Below, piece after piece: positions 18,572 to 27,889 of a stretch of 64,000 nucleotides of DNA. Origin of the DNA: an uncultured Gemmatimonadales bacterium (lineage in GTDB: Bacteria > Gemmatimonadota > Gemmatimonadetes > Gemmatimonadales > GWC2-71-9). The notes beneath the pieces were generated by a model. It saw only the letters and a program-made list of their open reading frames with translations. It did no database searches and was not told where the DNA came from. Positions within the stretch are counted from its first letter, which is position 1, and the number at the start of each line of letters is the position of its first letter. Where the stretch lies: assembly GCA_963795085.1 (NCBI GenBank), contig CAWCFX010000002.1, positions 128,001 to 192,000 of the forward strand, read 5' to 3'. The position numbers and the translations under genes were made by a program.

Positions 18572-18575
18572 TGGG

Positions 18576-19184
18576 TCATCCTCCGTGCGTGGCGACCAGT
18601 TCAGCGGCCGCATGGGTGGTAGGTTGCAGGAACCCGTTCAGAAACAGATGGGTGAGGTCGTCGGCCAGGCGGGCCGGGGGCACCGGCCCGCTGGGTTTGT
18701 ACCAGGTGTAAATCCAGTTCATCATGCCGAAGAGCGCGTACGCCGCCACCTGGCGATTGACGCCCGACGCGCTCACGTCGTCCAGCAGGCTCACCAGCAG
18801 CGACACGTACTCCCGCTTCTGGCGCACAACCCGGGCCCGCATCGTGCCGGTCAGTTCCTCTTCCTCGTGGGAGAGTACTTTCATTTCCGCCATGTGGGCG
18901 GCGAAGAATTCCACGTGGTGGCGGATGAAGGCCCGGAGCCGACCCTCGGGGGTTGTCTCGGCGGCAATCGCGGCGAGGGATCCGGCCATAACCTGGCTGA
19001 AACAGCGGTCCTGGATCAGGAACAACAACTCGGTCTTCCCGGCCACATAATGATAAATGCCGGCCAGGCTCATCCCGCTCTCCCGGGCGATCTCACGCAT
19101 GGAGGTGGCATGGAAACCCTTGTCGGCGAAAACGTTAACCGCCGAGGTCAGGAGCAGCTGTTGTCGTTGGTCAAAGGTCGTCAC
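18576..19184 (-). CDS. TetR-family regulator (PaaR/KstR2-like)
   Basis: FADKGFHATSMREIARESGMSLAGIYHY HTH; C-terminal LFGMMNWIYTWYKPSG. Confidence 0.9.
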   Translation of the reverse strand: MTTFDQRQQLLLTSAVNVFADKGFHATSMREIARESGMSLAGIYHYVAGKTELLFLIQDRCFSQVMAGSLAAIAAETTPEGRLRAFIRHHVEFFAAHMAEMKVLSHEEEELTGTMRARVVRQKREYVSLLVSLLDDVSASGVNRQVAAYALFGMMNWIYTWYKPSGPVPPARLADDLTHLFLNGFLQPTTHAAAELVATHGG

Positions 19185-19193
19185 GGGCTCGTC

Positions 19194-19207
19194 CGAACGT
19201 TCGTTCG
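19194..19207. promoter_or_regulatory. Putative PaaR-type TetR operator CGAACGTTCGTTCG
   Basis: Pseudopalindrome about 10 bp upstream of the TetR start; matches the CNAACGNNCGTTNG consensus I recall for Thermus PaaR. Confidence 0.65.
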
Positions 19208-19245
19208 AATGAAACCTAGCCCCGATCCGGAGGCCGGTCAACCGT

Positions 19246-19272
19246 TTAACAAACCCCCTGCCACCCCGTCTA
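19246..19272 (+). promoter_or_regulatory. Putative ECF sigma promoter (TTAAC-N16-CGTCTA)
   Basis: AAC-N16-CGT pattern ending 9 bp before the ECF sigma ATG. Confidence 0.55.
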
Positions 19273-19281
19273 CCTGAGTCC

Positions 19282-19830
19282 ATGGGTGGCCTGAGCGAGT
19301 CAATCCGGTTATCGGACGCCGAACTGGTGGCGGCCTACCAGGCCGGCGACGAGCAGGCCGCGGCCGAACTGGTGCTGCGGCACGCATCCGCCGCAGGCCG
19401 GTTCCTTCACGCGTCCGGGGCTTTACCGGCGGACTTGGAAGACCTGGTCCAGGAAGCTTTTTACCGGGCTTTTCGGCGGCTCTCCAGCTGGAGGCAGGAC
19501 GCCGCCTTCCGGACCTGGCTCCTGGCGATCGCGGGAAACCTGGTGAAGGACGCGCACCGCTCCCGCCGGGGAAGGGATGTCGTGTCCCTCGAGGGTCACG
19601 ACGTGCCCGATCACCGGGACCCCTCGGCCGATTTGCAGGCTGGCGAGGCCGAACAGCGGCTGCAGGGCGGCATCGCGGCGCTGCCCCGGCTGCAGCGGGA
19701 GGTGTTTCTGCTGCGCGTCCAGGAAGGAGCCGGGTACGCCGACATCGCCCGGGCGCTGGGCACCACCCCGGGAGCCGCCCGGGTTCATTATCACCACGCG
19801 GTCAAGCGGTTGAAAGAGATCGTCTCATGA
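19282..19830 (+). CDS. ECF RNA polymerase sigma factor
   Basis: EDLVQEAF, FRTWLLAIAGN and region 4 LPRLQREVFLLR..YADIA. Confidence 0.92.
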   Translation: MGGLSESIRLSDAELVAAYQAGDEQAAAELVLRHASAAGRFLHASGALPADLEDLVQEAFYRAFRRLSSWRQDAAFRTWLLAIAGNLVKDAHRSRRGRDVVSLEGHDVPDHRDPSADLQAGEAEQRLQGGIAALPRLQREVFLLRVQEGAGYADIARALGTTPGAARVHYHHAVKRLKEIVS

Positions 19831-20336
19831 CATGCACCAGGCTGTCGGACCGCACGGCGGAGGTGGCCCGGGGCGGGACGGAGTGGACCGGGGATGAGCG
19901 CCGCCACCTGGCCTCCTGTGCTGATTGTGCGGCCGAGTTCCGGCTGGTCCAGGCCGCGGTCAAGCTGGCAGCGGAGGCCCCGCCCATGCCGGCCGAACGA
20001 ATCAGCGACCGGGTCATCCGGCGACTTGCCGCTGAACCGGTGCCCGCCGGCCGGGGGCGCTGGTGGTGGGGCGCTGGCGGTCTGGCCGCGGCGGCCGCCC
20101 TCTTGTGGATGCTGTGGCCAGGGTCGTCACCCCCGGCCGCCCCGGTGGTGTCTCCGGCCGCCACCGCCTTGGTGCTGCCCCTGACGGAACTGGACAGCCT
20201 CGACTCGGCCCAGCTGCGGTCGGTACTGGAATCTCTGGACGATCCGCTCGCCGGTCCGGACGTTTACGAAATGCCCTCGATGCTGGACCTGGATGACACA
20301 CAACTCGAGCGGGTGCTCCGCTCCCTGGAGGGTTAA
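19827..20336 (+). CDS. Putative zinc-binding membrane anti-sigma factor
   Basis: HLASCADC (HxxxCxxC), single TM, ATGA overlap with the sigma gene. Confidence 0.78.
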   Translation: MTCTRLSDRTAEVARGGTEWTGDERRHLASCADCAAEFRLVQAAVKLAAEAPPMPAERISDRVIRRLAAEPVPAGRGRWWWGAGGLAAAAALLWMLWPGSSPPAAPVVSPAATALVLPLTELDSLDSAQLRSVLESLDDPLAGPDVYEMPSMLDLDDTQLERVLRSLEG

Positions 20337-20338
20337 CC

Positions 20339-20824
20339 ATGCGACGAATCGTGCTGGTGCTGGCGGGGCTATTGGTCGGCGCGGGCGCCCTGCAGGCGCA
20401 GGGAGAGGACCCCCGCGGCGAGAACCTTCGCGCCGCCATCCAGGAACGCTTTGCCCGGCAGGTGCAGGACCAGTTGGGCCTGACCGACAGCCAGGCGGAG
20501 AAGATGCGCACCACCGCTCTCGAATGGTTTGGGAAGCGGCGCGCCCTCGAAGTCCAGGAACGCCGCCTCCGCGCCGCCCTGGGCAGCCAGATGCGGCCCG
20601 GGATTCCCGCCGACCAGGACAGCGTGGCCCGGCTGACCGACGCCCTGCTGACCCTCAAAGTGGCGCAGGTGCAGACCTACCGCGACGAGATCCGCGAGAT
20701 GACCTACCTGACACCGCTACAGCGGGCCCAGTTCTTCATGCTCCGGGACCGGCTGCTCCGCCGCATCGAGGAAGTCCAGCAAGGGCCGGAGGCGCCGCTG
20801 GTGCGGCAACGCCGCCGCCCCTGA
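20339..20824 (+). CDS. Periplasmic Spy/CpxP-like protein
   Basis: Signal peptide plus two LTxxQ motifs (LTDSQ, LTPLQ). Confidence 0.7.
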   Translation: MRRIVLVLAGLLVGAGALQAQGEDPRGENLRAAIQERFARQVQDQLGLTDSQAEKMRTTALEWFGKRRALEVQERRLRAALGSQMRPGIPADQDSVARLTDALLTLKVAQVQTYRDEIREMTYLTPLQRAQFFMLRDRLLRRIEEVQQGPEAPLVRQRRRP

Positions 20825-20884
20825 GCTATTCCTCCCCGGGCCGGAGGGCGCTAACTTACGAGTTCCCCCACAGAACTTCCGGCC

Positions 20885-22189
20885 ATGCGGCTCGTTGCGG
20901 TTTCCCTTCTGCTCGCCCTGCTGGCGCCTGCGGCTCACGCCCAGCGCACGGTCGTTTACCGTATTGACATCAGCGGCACGATCGAAGGCGGTCTCGCCCC
21001 CTACACCGCCCGGGCGGTCCGGGAGGCGACCGCCGCCGGGGCGGCCGCGATCATCCTCGACATCAATACGCCCGGCGGCCGGGTGGATGCCGCCGAGATG
21101 ATGGCCGATGCCATCCGGTCCACGGACGTCCCGGTCTATGCGTTCGTCAATCCCCGGGCCTACAGTGCCGGCGCGCTCATCGCGCTCGCCAGCGACGGGA
21201 TCTACATGACGCCCGGCGGCGTGCTCGGCGCCGCCACCCCGGTGGACGGCCAGGGCACCAAGCTCTCCGAGAAGTATGTCTCCGCCATGCGGGCGGAGTT
21301 CCGGGCCCTGGCCGAGCAGCAGAACCTGGATCCCCGCATCGCGGAGGCCATGGTCGACGACAGCCTGGGCGTACCCGGGTTGCTGGAGCCGGGCAAGCTG
21401 CTGACGCTGAGCACCGCGGAAGCGCTCAAGGTCGGCTACGCCCGGGGCCAGGCGGCGGACCTGGCCGCCTTGCTGGAGACGCTGGGGCTCGCGAGTGCCG
21501 AGGTCGTGGTGGTCGGCGTGAACTGGGCCGAGAGCCTGGTGCGCTTCCTGACCAACCCGCTGGTGGCGCCCCTGCTGCTCTCGCTCGGCATGCTGGGCCT
21601 GATCTTCGAGATCAAGACCGGGGCCTTCGGCCTCGGCGGCGTGCTCAGCCTGCTCTCCCTCGGCATGTTTTTCGGCGCCCACCACCTGGTGGGCCTGGCG
21701 GGGTGGGAAGAGGTCATCCTGCTGCTGGGGGGCCTCATCGCCATCGCGGTGGAGATCTTCGTGCTTCCCGGGTTCGGCTTTGCCGGCATCCTCGGCATCG
21801 TGCTGCTGGTGGTCGCCATCGTGCTGGCCATGCTCGGCTCGCTGCCCTCGCTCCAGGACGTGGTCCAGTCCCTGGCGGTCGTCGCGACGGCCCTGGTGCT
21901 CACCACCGCGGTCTTCATCGCCTGGTTGCGGCACCTTCCCAACAGCACCCGCTTCCGGGGGCTCATTCTCGCGGACGGACTCAACGCCTCCGACGGTTTC
22001 GTCTCCGCCAGAGTCCGCAGCGATCTCGTCGGCAAGGAAGGCCTCGCCGTCACCGATCTGCGGCCCGCGGGCACCGTGCTGGTGGGCGAGGAACGGATCG
22101 ACGTGGTGACCGAAGGGGACTATATCCAGGCTGGCACTGCGGTCCGGGTCATTCGGGCGGAGGGACACCGGCACGTAGTGCGGAAGTAG
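20885..22189 (+). CDS. nfeD: NfeD-family membrane-bound protease (YqeZ-like)
   Basis: [18 protein letters not shown], multi-TM region and C-terminal TDLRPAG OB-fold. Confidence 0.88.
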   Translation: MRLVAVSLLLALLAPAAHAQRTVVYRIDISGTIEGGLAPYTARAVREATAAGAAAIILDINTPGGRVDAAEMMADAIRSTDVPVYAFVNPRAYSAGALIALASDGIYMTPGGVLGAATPVDGQGTKLSEKYVSAMRAEFRALAEQQNLDPRIAEAMVDDSLGVPGLLEPGKLLTLSTAEALKVGYARGQAADLAALLETLGLASAEVVVVGVNWAESLVRFLTNPLVAPLLLSLGMLGLIFEIKTGAFGLGGVLSLLSLGMFFGAHHLVGLAGWEEVILLLGGLIAIAVEIFVLPGFGFAGILGIVLLVVAIVLAMLGSLPSLQDVVQSLAVVATALVLTTAVFIAWLRHLPNSTRFRGLILADGLNASDGFVSARVRSDLVGKEGLAVTDLRPAGTVLVGEERIDVVTEGDYIQAGTAVRVIRAEGHRHVVRK

Positions 22190-22232
22190 TGAGAAGCGAG
22201 AGGTTCGCAACCATCGTCTCCAAGGAGCTACA

Positions 22233-23231
22233 GTGGATCGCCTGCTAGAGTTGGGTGCGCCGTTCGTGCTGGTGCTGTTCATCATCGGCCTCATCATCGT
22301 CACCATCTTCTTCCGTTTCATCCCGATCGGGCTCTGGTTCCAGGCCCTGGTGACCGGGGTCCGGGTGTCGTTCGTGACCCTGTTCTTCATGCGCTTCCGG
22401 AAAGTGAACCCGGCGGTGATCGTGAACCCGATGATCAATGCTCACAAGGCGGGCCTCCGTCTGGAGATTGACGAGCTGGAGGCGCACTACCTGGCCGGCG
22501 GCAACGTGGAGCGAGTGATCCGCGCCCTGATCGCCGCGGACAAGGCCGGCATCGCCCTCGACTTCAAGCAGGCGACCGCCATCGACCTGGCGGGCCGCGA
22601 CGTGTTCGAGGCGGTGCAGGTGAGCGTGAATCCGAAAGTCATCACAACGCCCAAGGTCGCGGCGATGGCCAAGGACGGGATCCAGCTGCTGGCACTGGCC
22701 CGGGTGACGGTGCGGGCGAACCTGAACCGGCTGGTGGGCGGCGCCGGCGAGGAAACCATCCTGGCCCGGGTCGGCGAAGGCATCGTCAGCACCATCGGGT
22801 CGGCGATGAACCACAAGGCGGTGCTGGAGAATCCGGACCTTATCTCCAAGACCGTGCTGGCCAAGGGCCTCGACGCGGGGACCGCCTTCGAGATCCTGTC
22901 CATCGACATCGCCGATGTGGACGTGGGCAAGAACATCGGCGCCGAGTTGCAGACTGACCAGGCCGAAGCGGACAAGCGGATCGCCCAGGCCAAGGCGGAG
23001 GAGCGGCGGGCCCTCGCGGTGGCGATGGAACAGGAGTTCAAGGCCGAGTCCCAGAACCAGCGGGCCAAGGTGATCGCGGCGGAAGCCCAGATTCCCCTGG
23101 CCATCGCGGAGGCGTTCCGGAGCGGCAACCTCGGCATCATGGACTACCAGCGCTACAAGAACATCCAGGCCGATACCCAGATGCGGAACTCGATCGCGGG
23201 CGGTTCCGACGGCCCGGGGTCGGACGCGTGA
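22233..23231 (+). CDS. floA: Flotillin-like protein FloA (YqfA)
   Basis: [37 protein letters not shown] and [21 protein letters not shown]. Confidence 0.93.
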   Translation: MDRLLELGAPFVLVLFIIGLIIVTIFFRFIPIGLWFQALVTGVRVSFVTLFFMRFRKVNPAVIVNPMINAHKAGLRLEIDELEAHYLAGGNVERVIRALIAADKAGIALDFKQATAIDLAGRDVFEAVQVSVNPKVITTPKVAAMAKDGIQLLALARVTVRANLNRLVGGAGEETILARVGEGIVSTIGSAMNHKAVLENPDLISKTVLAKGLDAGTAFEILSIDIADVDVGKNIGAELQTDQAEADKRIAQAKAEERRALAVAMEQEFKAESQNQRAKVIAAEAQIPLAIAEAFRSGNLGIMDYQRYKNIQADTQMRNSIAGGSDGPGSDA

Positions 23232-23272
23232 GCCTGGCCGGTCTTCCGGAGCAGGCCGTCCGGGCCGATGGG

Positions 23273-23908
23273 ATGACCGGGGTTGTCATCTTCGCGATCG
23301 TCTACGCGATCGTGACTATCATGGGGAAGCTCAAACAGGCACCCAGGGGTGGCGCGGACAGCGAACCCCAGGAGCCGAAGCGGCCCCGGCCCCGTCCGAA
23401 CCAGCAGGCCCGGCGCCCCCCGCCGCCCCAGAGGACGGAGTCCCCCGGGCGGCCTGCCGGGGGCACCCAGGGAGAGGCGCTCAAGCTGGAGGAATTGTTT
23501 CGGGTGCTGACGGGAGGACCCGGTGCTCCCGGGTCTGGACCGATGGGGCGCCGCTCGGCGCCACCCGCGGAACTCGCCGAAGACGTAGAAGAACGGGCCT
23601 CGCTGGAAGTCGAGGAACGGGTGCTCAACCTGGAGGCCACGCCGGTAGCCCGGGCCAGCCGCCGCGACGTGGACCACGATGACGAGGCCGAAGGCGTCGT
23701 CCAGGCCCGGATCCGCGCGGCCGAAATGCGAAACCGGCCGCTCAACCTCGCCGACCACGCTGCCTTCGATGCCCGCATCCGGCAGGAACCCGCCGATAAC
23801 ACCCGGACCGCCGCGCCGCTCCGGCGGTCGCTTCGCGACGCCATTGTGTGGCGGGAAATCCTGGGTCCCCCGGTCTCCCTTCGCGATTCCTCCGACCAGA
23901 ACTGGTAG
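23273..23908 (+). CDS. Hypothetical membrane-anchored protein (YqfB-like)
   Basis: N-terminal TM, low-complexity linker and C-terminal LRDAIVWREILGPPVSLR, typical of the gene following floA. Confidence 0.65.
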   Translation: MTGVVIFAIVYAIVTIMGKLKQAPRGGADSEPQEPKRPRPRPNQQARRPPPPQRTESPGRPAGGTQGEALKLEELFRVLTGGPGAPGSGPMGRRSAPPAELAEDVEERASLEVEERVLNLEATPVARASRRDVDHDDEAEGVVQARIRAAEMRNRPLNLADHAAFDARIRQEPADNTRTAAPLRRSLRDAIVWREILGPPVSLRDSSDQNW

Positions 23909-24042
23909 GCCCCGGACCGGCGGACCGCGCAGGGTCCTGCACCGGCGAGTTTTCCCCATGGCCGGCTTAACAGTGGGGCCCGCCGCCCGTCAGTAAGAGT
24001 CAGCAGCCGAAGCGCGACTCTCACTCTGACCGGGAGCTTCCA

Positions 24043-24915
24043 ATGCGGATCCCACGACTCGTTACTGCCGCCCTCCTGCTCCCCGCCGTCCTGGCCGGAT
24101 GTAGTGACGGGGGGCCTTCCGATTCCTCCGCCATCACCCAGGCGCTCGCAGCCGATATGGCGGAAGTCCTCCTTGAAGACCAGGATGCCATGCTGGACGC
24201 ATCCACGGTGGATCCCGCGACCGGGGTCGCGGTGACCCCCGCGCCGGGGCCAGCGTACGCCGGCCCGCCGCCCTGTACTCCGCTGGTCAGTCCCAGTCCC
24301 CCCGGCAACGCCGACGGCGATGCGGTGCCCGACTCGGCCCGGTTCGATTTCTCGGGCTGCGCGTTTGCCCGCGGCAACTTTGCTTTCGTGCTCTCCGGTA
24401 TCATTCACATCATTGACCCGGCGGCGGCCCCGGCCGGGTTCGGCCTCAAGGCGGTATTCGAAGGATTCCGCCGGGAGCGGACCCATGTTCCCACCTCGCG
24501 CACGGTGGCCAGCGTGTTCGACGGCGCCCGGCAGGTCACCGGGAACGCCGATGCCCTCACGCACCTGATCGTCGGTTTCCGCACTGCGGTGACCCGCCCC
24601 GGGCTGGGGACGGTCCTCCACGAAAAGGACTGGAACGGGAGCTTCACGGCGGATGTTCCCGGCAGCATCGCGCCGGGCCAACCGCTGCCGAGCGGGGTGC
24701 TGAATGTTGCGGGGTCGTCGGAGTGGTCGCGGGGCCAGGCCGAGTTCTATACCCTCTCGGTGACCACCAGCGGACTGCACTTCGATGCCGGTTGTACCAT
24801 TGCCCCCCGGTTCGATGCCGGCTTCTCCAGCCTGGTCATCACCCGTCGCGGCGTTCCCCACACGGTGCTGGTGGAGCACACGGCGTGCGGGCAGTTCACG
24901 GTGACGCGGAGCTGA
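24043..24915 (+). CDS. Hypothetical lipoprotein
   Basis: GGGAG SD, lipobox VLAGC and beta-rich body. Confidence 0.7.
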   Translation: MRIPRLVTAALLLPAVLAGCSDGGPSDSSAITQALAADMAEVLLEDQDAMLDASTVDPATGVAVTPAPGPAYAGPPPCTPLVSPSPPGNADGDAVPDSARFDFSGCAFARGNFAFVLSGIIHIIDPAAAPAGFGLKAVFEGFRRERTHVPTSRTVASVFDGARQVTGNADALTHLIVGFRTAVTRPGLGTVLHEKDWNGSFTADVPGSIAPGQPLPSGVLNVAGSSEWSRGQAEFYTLSVTTSGLHFDAGCTIAPRFDAGFSSLVITRRGVPHTVLVEHTACGQFTVTRS

Positions 24916-24918
24916 CAA

Positions 24919-24944
24919 GTGAGAGGTGAGAGGTGAGAGGTGAG
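24919..24944. repeat. Heptamer tandem repeat (GTGAGAG)x3.7
   Basis: Directly visible just after the stop at 24915. Confidence 0.85.
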
Positions 24945-24989
24945 CAGCAACGACGGTCGCCTTCCGTGCTCACCTCCTCCTGTCACTTC

Positions 24990-25403
24990 CTACATTTTTT
25001 CAGGGTTGTCGAGTTCCACCGGGCGCAGGCTCAGGTCGAGGGCCAGGAAGAGGGTCCTGGAGAAGGGAAAGAAGAGCAGGGGCATCGCCACCGCTTCCAG
25101 CGGGCCTGTCACCTGGAGGGTGTTCCAGGGAGGCGAAGGCCAGGTGAAGACGATGACCGAGAGACTGAGTCCGAGCGTGACCGCCTCCGCCGCGAGCAGG
25201 TTGAACCACATGGCACCCAGGGCGTAGCCGCTGTCGCCCCGGTCGAACCGGAGCCCGCAGGTCGGACAATTGGCCTTCATCCGGAACCATCCATGGAAGA
25301 GACCCCCTCCTCCACAGAGGGGGCAGCGCCTACGGACTGCCCGGGCGAACATGGTCCGGCGCCGGGGTGCTGCCAGCCGGCCCGAAGATGCGATGCTGGT
25401 CAT
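24990..25403 (-). CDS. DUF983-family Zn-ribbon membrane protein
   Basis: RRCPLCGGGGLF..CPTCGLRF and two TMs. Start could be 25352. Confidence 0.75.
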   Translation of the reverse strand: MTSIASSGRLAAPRRRTMFARAVRRRCPLCGGGGLFHGWFRMKANCPTCGLRFDRGDSGYALGAMWFNLLAAEAVTLGLSLSVIVFTWPSPPWNTLQVTGPLEAVAMPLLFFPFSRTLFLALDLSLRPVELDNPEKM

Positions 25404-25500
25404 GCGGCAATGGTAGCTGCCTGAGCGCTTGCGACCAAGCCCGGCGCAGGCCGCCGACTCGCCTTGTGTTTTGCCTTCTGTTCCAGCAGTTTTGGCCCGC

Positions 25501-25583
25501 GCCCGAGTGGCGGAATGGCAGACGCAGCGGACTCAAAATCCGCCGGGGGCAACCCCGTGCGAGTTCGACTCTCGCCTCGGGCA
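25501..25583 (+). tRNA. tRNA-Leu (CAA)
   Basis: Acceptor GCCCGAG/CTCGGGC-A, D-arm TGGCGGAATGGCAGACGC, anticodon arm GCGGA-CT-CAA-AA-TCCGC, long variable arm and GTTCGACTC T-loop. CCA is not encoded. Confidence 0.96.
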
Positions 25584-25679
25584 CTCTGGAATCCGTCGTG
25601 GCAGGCGTAGTGCGAACGTGAGAAGCCCGGCGGTCTGCTCGATCGGTCGGAATCACAATCATTTTAAGGAGAGTCGGGT

Positions 25680-26165
25680 ATGCGAGTGAACGTGCTGGCG
25701 GTCCTGGCGGGTCTGGTGCTGGTGGCGGGAGTATCCCAGGCGCAGGCGCAGGGGGTGCGGTTTGCGCCCGAGGCAAGCATCGGCGAGGATTCCGATTTCG
25801 GCATCGGCGCCCGGGTCCGCTTCGACCTGAGCCCCACCTTTCGGAGCCCCGGGTTCAGCGGTATCGCCTCCTTTGACTATTTCTTCCCCGGGAACAACAT
25901 CAATTACTGGGAATTGAACGCCAACCTCGGCTGGGCCATCCCGGGTGTCCGGGGGAATGTCCAGCCCTACGTCGGTGGCGGTCTCAACTATGCCCACGTC
26001 TCGGTGGACAACTGCACCGGCAACTGCGGCAACAGCGATGTGGGCGTCAACCTGATGGGCGGGTTCAACCTGCAGACCCGCACCAAGATGATGCCCTTCC
26101 TCGAAGCCAAGATCACCCTGGGCGGGGGCGAACAGTTCGTGCTGACCGGCGGGGTGTACTTCTAG
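25680..26165 (+). CDS. Small outer-membrane beta-barrel protein
   Basis: AAGGAG SD, signal peptide, PYVGGGL strand and C-terminal VYF. Confidence 0.85.
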   Translation: MRVNVLAVLAGLVLVAGVSQAQAQGVRFAPEASIGEDSDFGIGARVRFDLSPTFRSPGFSGIASFDYFFPGNNINYWELNANLGWAIPGVRGNVQPYVGGGLNYAHVSVDNCTGNCGNSDVGVNLMGGFNLQTRTKMMPFLEAKITLGGGEQFVLTGGVYF

Positions 26166-26367
26166 GAAATTGAGGGAACGTTGGAATTGAGGGAATGTTG
26201 GAATTGAGGGAATGTTGGAATTGAGGGAATGTTGGAATTGAGGGAATGTTGGAATTGAGGGAATGTTGGAATTGAGGGAATGTTGGAATTGAGGGAATGT
26301 TGGAATTGAAGGAATGTTGGAATTGAGTCCAATTCCCTCAATTCCCTCAATTCCCACATTCCCTCAA
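26166..26367. repeat. 17-bp tandem repeat GGAATTGAGGGAATGTT (~9.5 copies) followed by inverted partial copies
   Basis: Seven perfect units at 26183-26301 with variant and partial units either side; 26328-26367 is the reverse complement of related units. Confidence 0.95.
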
Positions 26368-26373
26368 TATTTC

Positions 26374-27720
26374 CTACCCCCCCATCTCTCCCGCATCGTA
26401 CGCCTTGCAGTACTCTTCGTAGTCGCTTTCCACCCGGGTGGCATAGAACCTCGCGTAGGCCACCAGCTCCTGTTGCCACCAGTCTTCCCGTCCGAAATCG
26501 ATCAACTCGTCGGCGATGGCGGAACCCTGCCGGCCGCCGCTGCGGAGCTGGGCCCAGGCCACCACGTCGCCGGCGGTGCCGATGGCTTTCTCCAGCCGGC
26601 GTGACTTGCCATTCCACTGGTCCAGGCTGAGCCGGTCATGGGAGGGCTGCAGGTCGCGGAGAATGTACGGGTGCCGGTTGAGAAGCACCGCCTGGAGCAG
26701 TGCCGGCGGGACCGCCTGCATCCGGGTCTGGATCGCCACCACCCGTTCGGCCGGGTTCTTCCACTCCGGCTGGGGCAGCCGCAAGAAGGGGGCGAGGACC
26801 GAGTCGCGCGCCAGCTTGAGGTCGATCAGCCGGTTGCCATGGGGCGAACCCTCGCCTTCGATCAGCAGGACATACCGGGGCAGGCCGAGGTGGGAGATCC
26901 CGGTTACCCGGCGGGCGACGTCGAGCAGTTTGAAGAACGACGGATCCGGTTGCCGGGCCGCCCATTTCTTCATGAACGCGGCGATCCGGCCCCGGGTGAC
27001 TTCAGGAACCGGGAGGCTATGCTTCTGGTCCAGCAGGAGGCGTCGGGTCTTGCCATGGGTCGCGGTGCGCGCGTCGAGCAGTTCCCGCTGCGACCGGGCC
27101 TTGAGGTCGTTGATGAGATTGCGAACGATTCCCTTGGTGGATTGTCGCTCGACCCAGCGGGCTTTGCCGTCCCGCAGCGCCCCGGCGTAGGAACGGACGA
27201 AATGCTGCGTCAGGGTACTGGTTTCTCTGCCGCTCAGGCCGAGGCTCCGGGCTCCCACGATGATGCTGGTTGTAAACCGGGCCAGGTCCCACGAGGTCGG
27301 GGCCAGGGCGCCTTCGTCGAAATCGCCGATGTCGAAATGCACCAGACCGCTGTCCGACCGGTGACTCCCCAGGTTTTCCAGGTGGAGGTCGCCATTGACC
27401 CATGTCGCCGGAGCTCGGTCCAGCGAGGACCCCTGGGGCCAGTCCTGGTAAAACAGGTGGGACGTACCCCGGAAGAATCCGTAGAGGCCGGCCCGCATCC
27501 GGGCATACTTGTAATGCAGCCGCTCCGGCTCGCGCCCTTCGTTGAATTGGGCGATCCGCTCGACGAGATTGGTGACCGGGATCACAGGTGTGTCGCCCGC
27601 GGGACGGGGTGTCGGGGGATTGCCATTGGCCACCGGGGCCGCGGGCGATTCCGGCGGGTTCGCAGAGGCAGCCATCTCCGGGAGCTCCCGGGTACCGTAA
27701 CTTGTTCTGGTGCGCAGCAT
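26374..27720 (-). CDS. DUF2252-family (kinase-like fold) protein
   Basis: KYARM..FFRGT, GDLHLENLG, FDIGDFDEG, WDLAR and AWAQLRSGGRQG. Start uncertain. Confidence 0.85.
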   Translation of the reverse strand: MLRTRTSYGTRELPEMAASANPPESPAAPVANGNPPTPRPAGDTPVIPVTNLVERIAQFNEGREPERLHYKYARMRAGLYGFFRGTSHLFYQDWPQGSSLDRAPATWVNGDLHLENLGSHRSDSGLVHFDIGDFDEGALAPTSWDLARFTTSIIVGARSLGLSGRETSTLTQHFVRSYAGALRDGKARWVERQSTKGIVRNLINDLKARSQRELLDARTATHGKTRRLLLDQKHSLPVPEVTRGRIAAFMKKWAARQPDPSFFKLLDVARRVTGISHLGLPRYVLLIEGEGSPHGNRLIDLKLARDSVLAPFLRLPQPEWKNPAERVVAIQTRMQAVPPALLQAVLLNRHPYILRDLQPSHDRLSLDQWNGKSRRLEKAIGTAGDVVAWAQLRSGGRQGSAIADELIDFGREDWWQQELVAYARFYATRVESDYEEYCKAYDAGEMGG

Positions 27721-27889
27721 TCGGCGGTAGATTCCTTTCCCCGGACAGGCCACGGCTGACGATCAGTGGCTTTCACAGTATAAATCAACCGAACCTGCCA
27801 TGCAGGTTGCGCGCCTTCTAGCTACCTGGTTCGGGATCATACGACCGTGTCGGATGACCAGCTACAGGCCCGATTCCCGATCCTCCCCG

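Noticed and set aside
26166..26367. CRISPR array, or repeat-protein ORFs (25659-26357, 26162-26617)
   Set aside because: The units are contiguous with no spacers and there are no cas genes; the repetitive peptides are just translations of the 17-mer.
25501..27720. Integrative element at tRNA-Leu
   Set aside because: No integrase, and I noticed no duplicated tRNA 3' end in the window.
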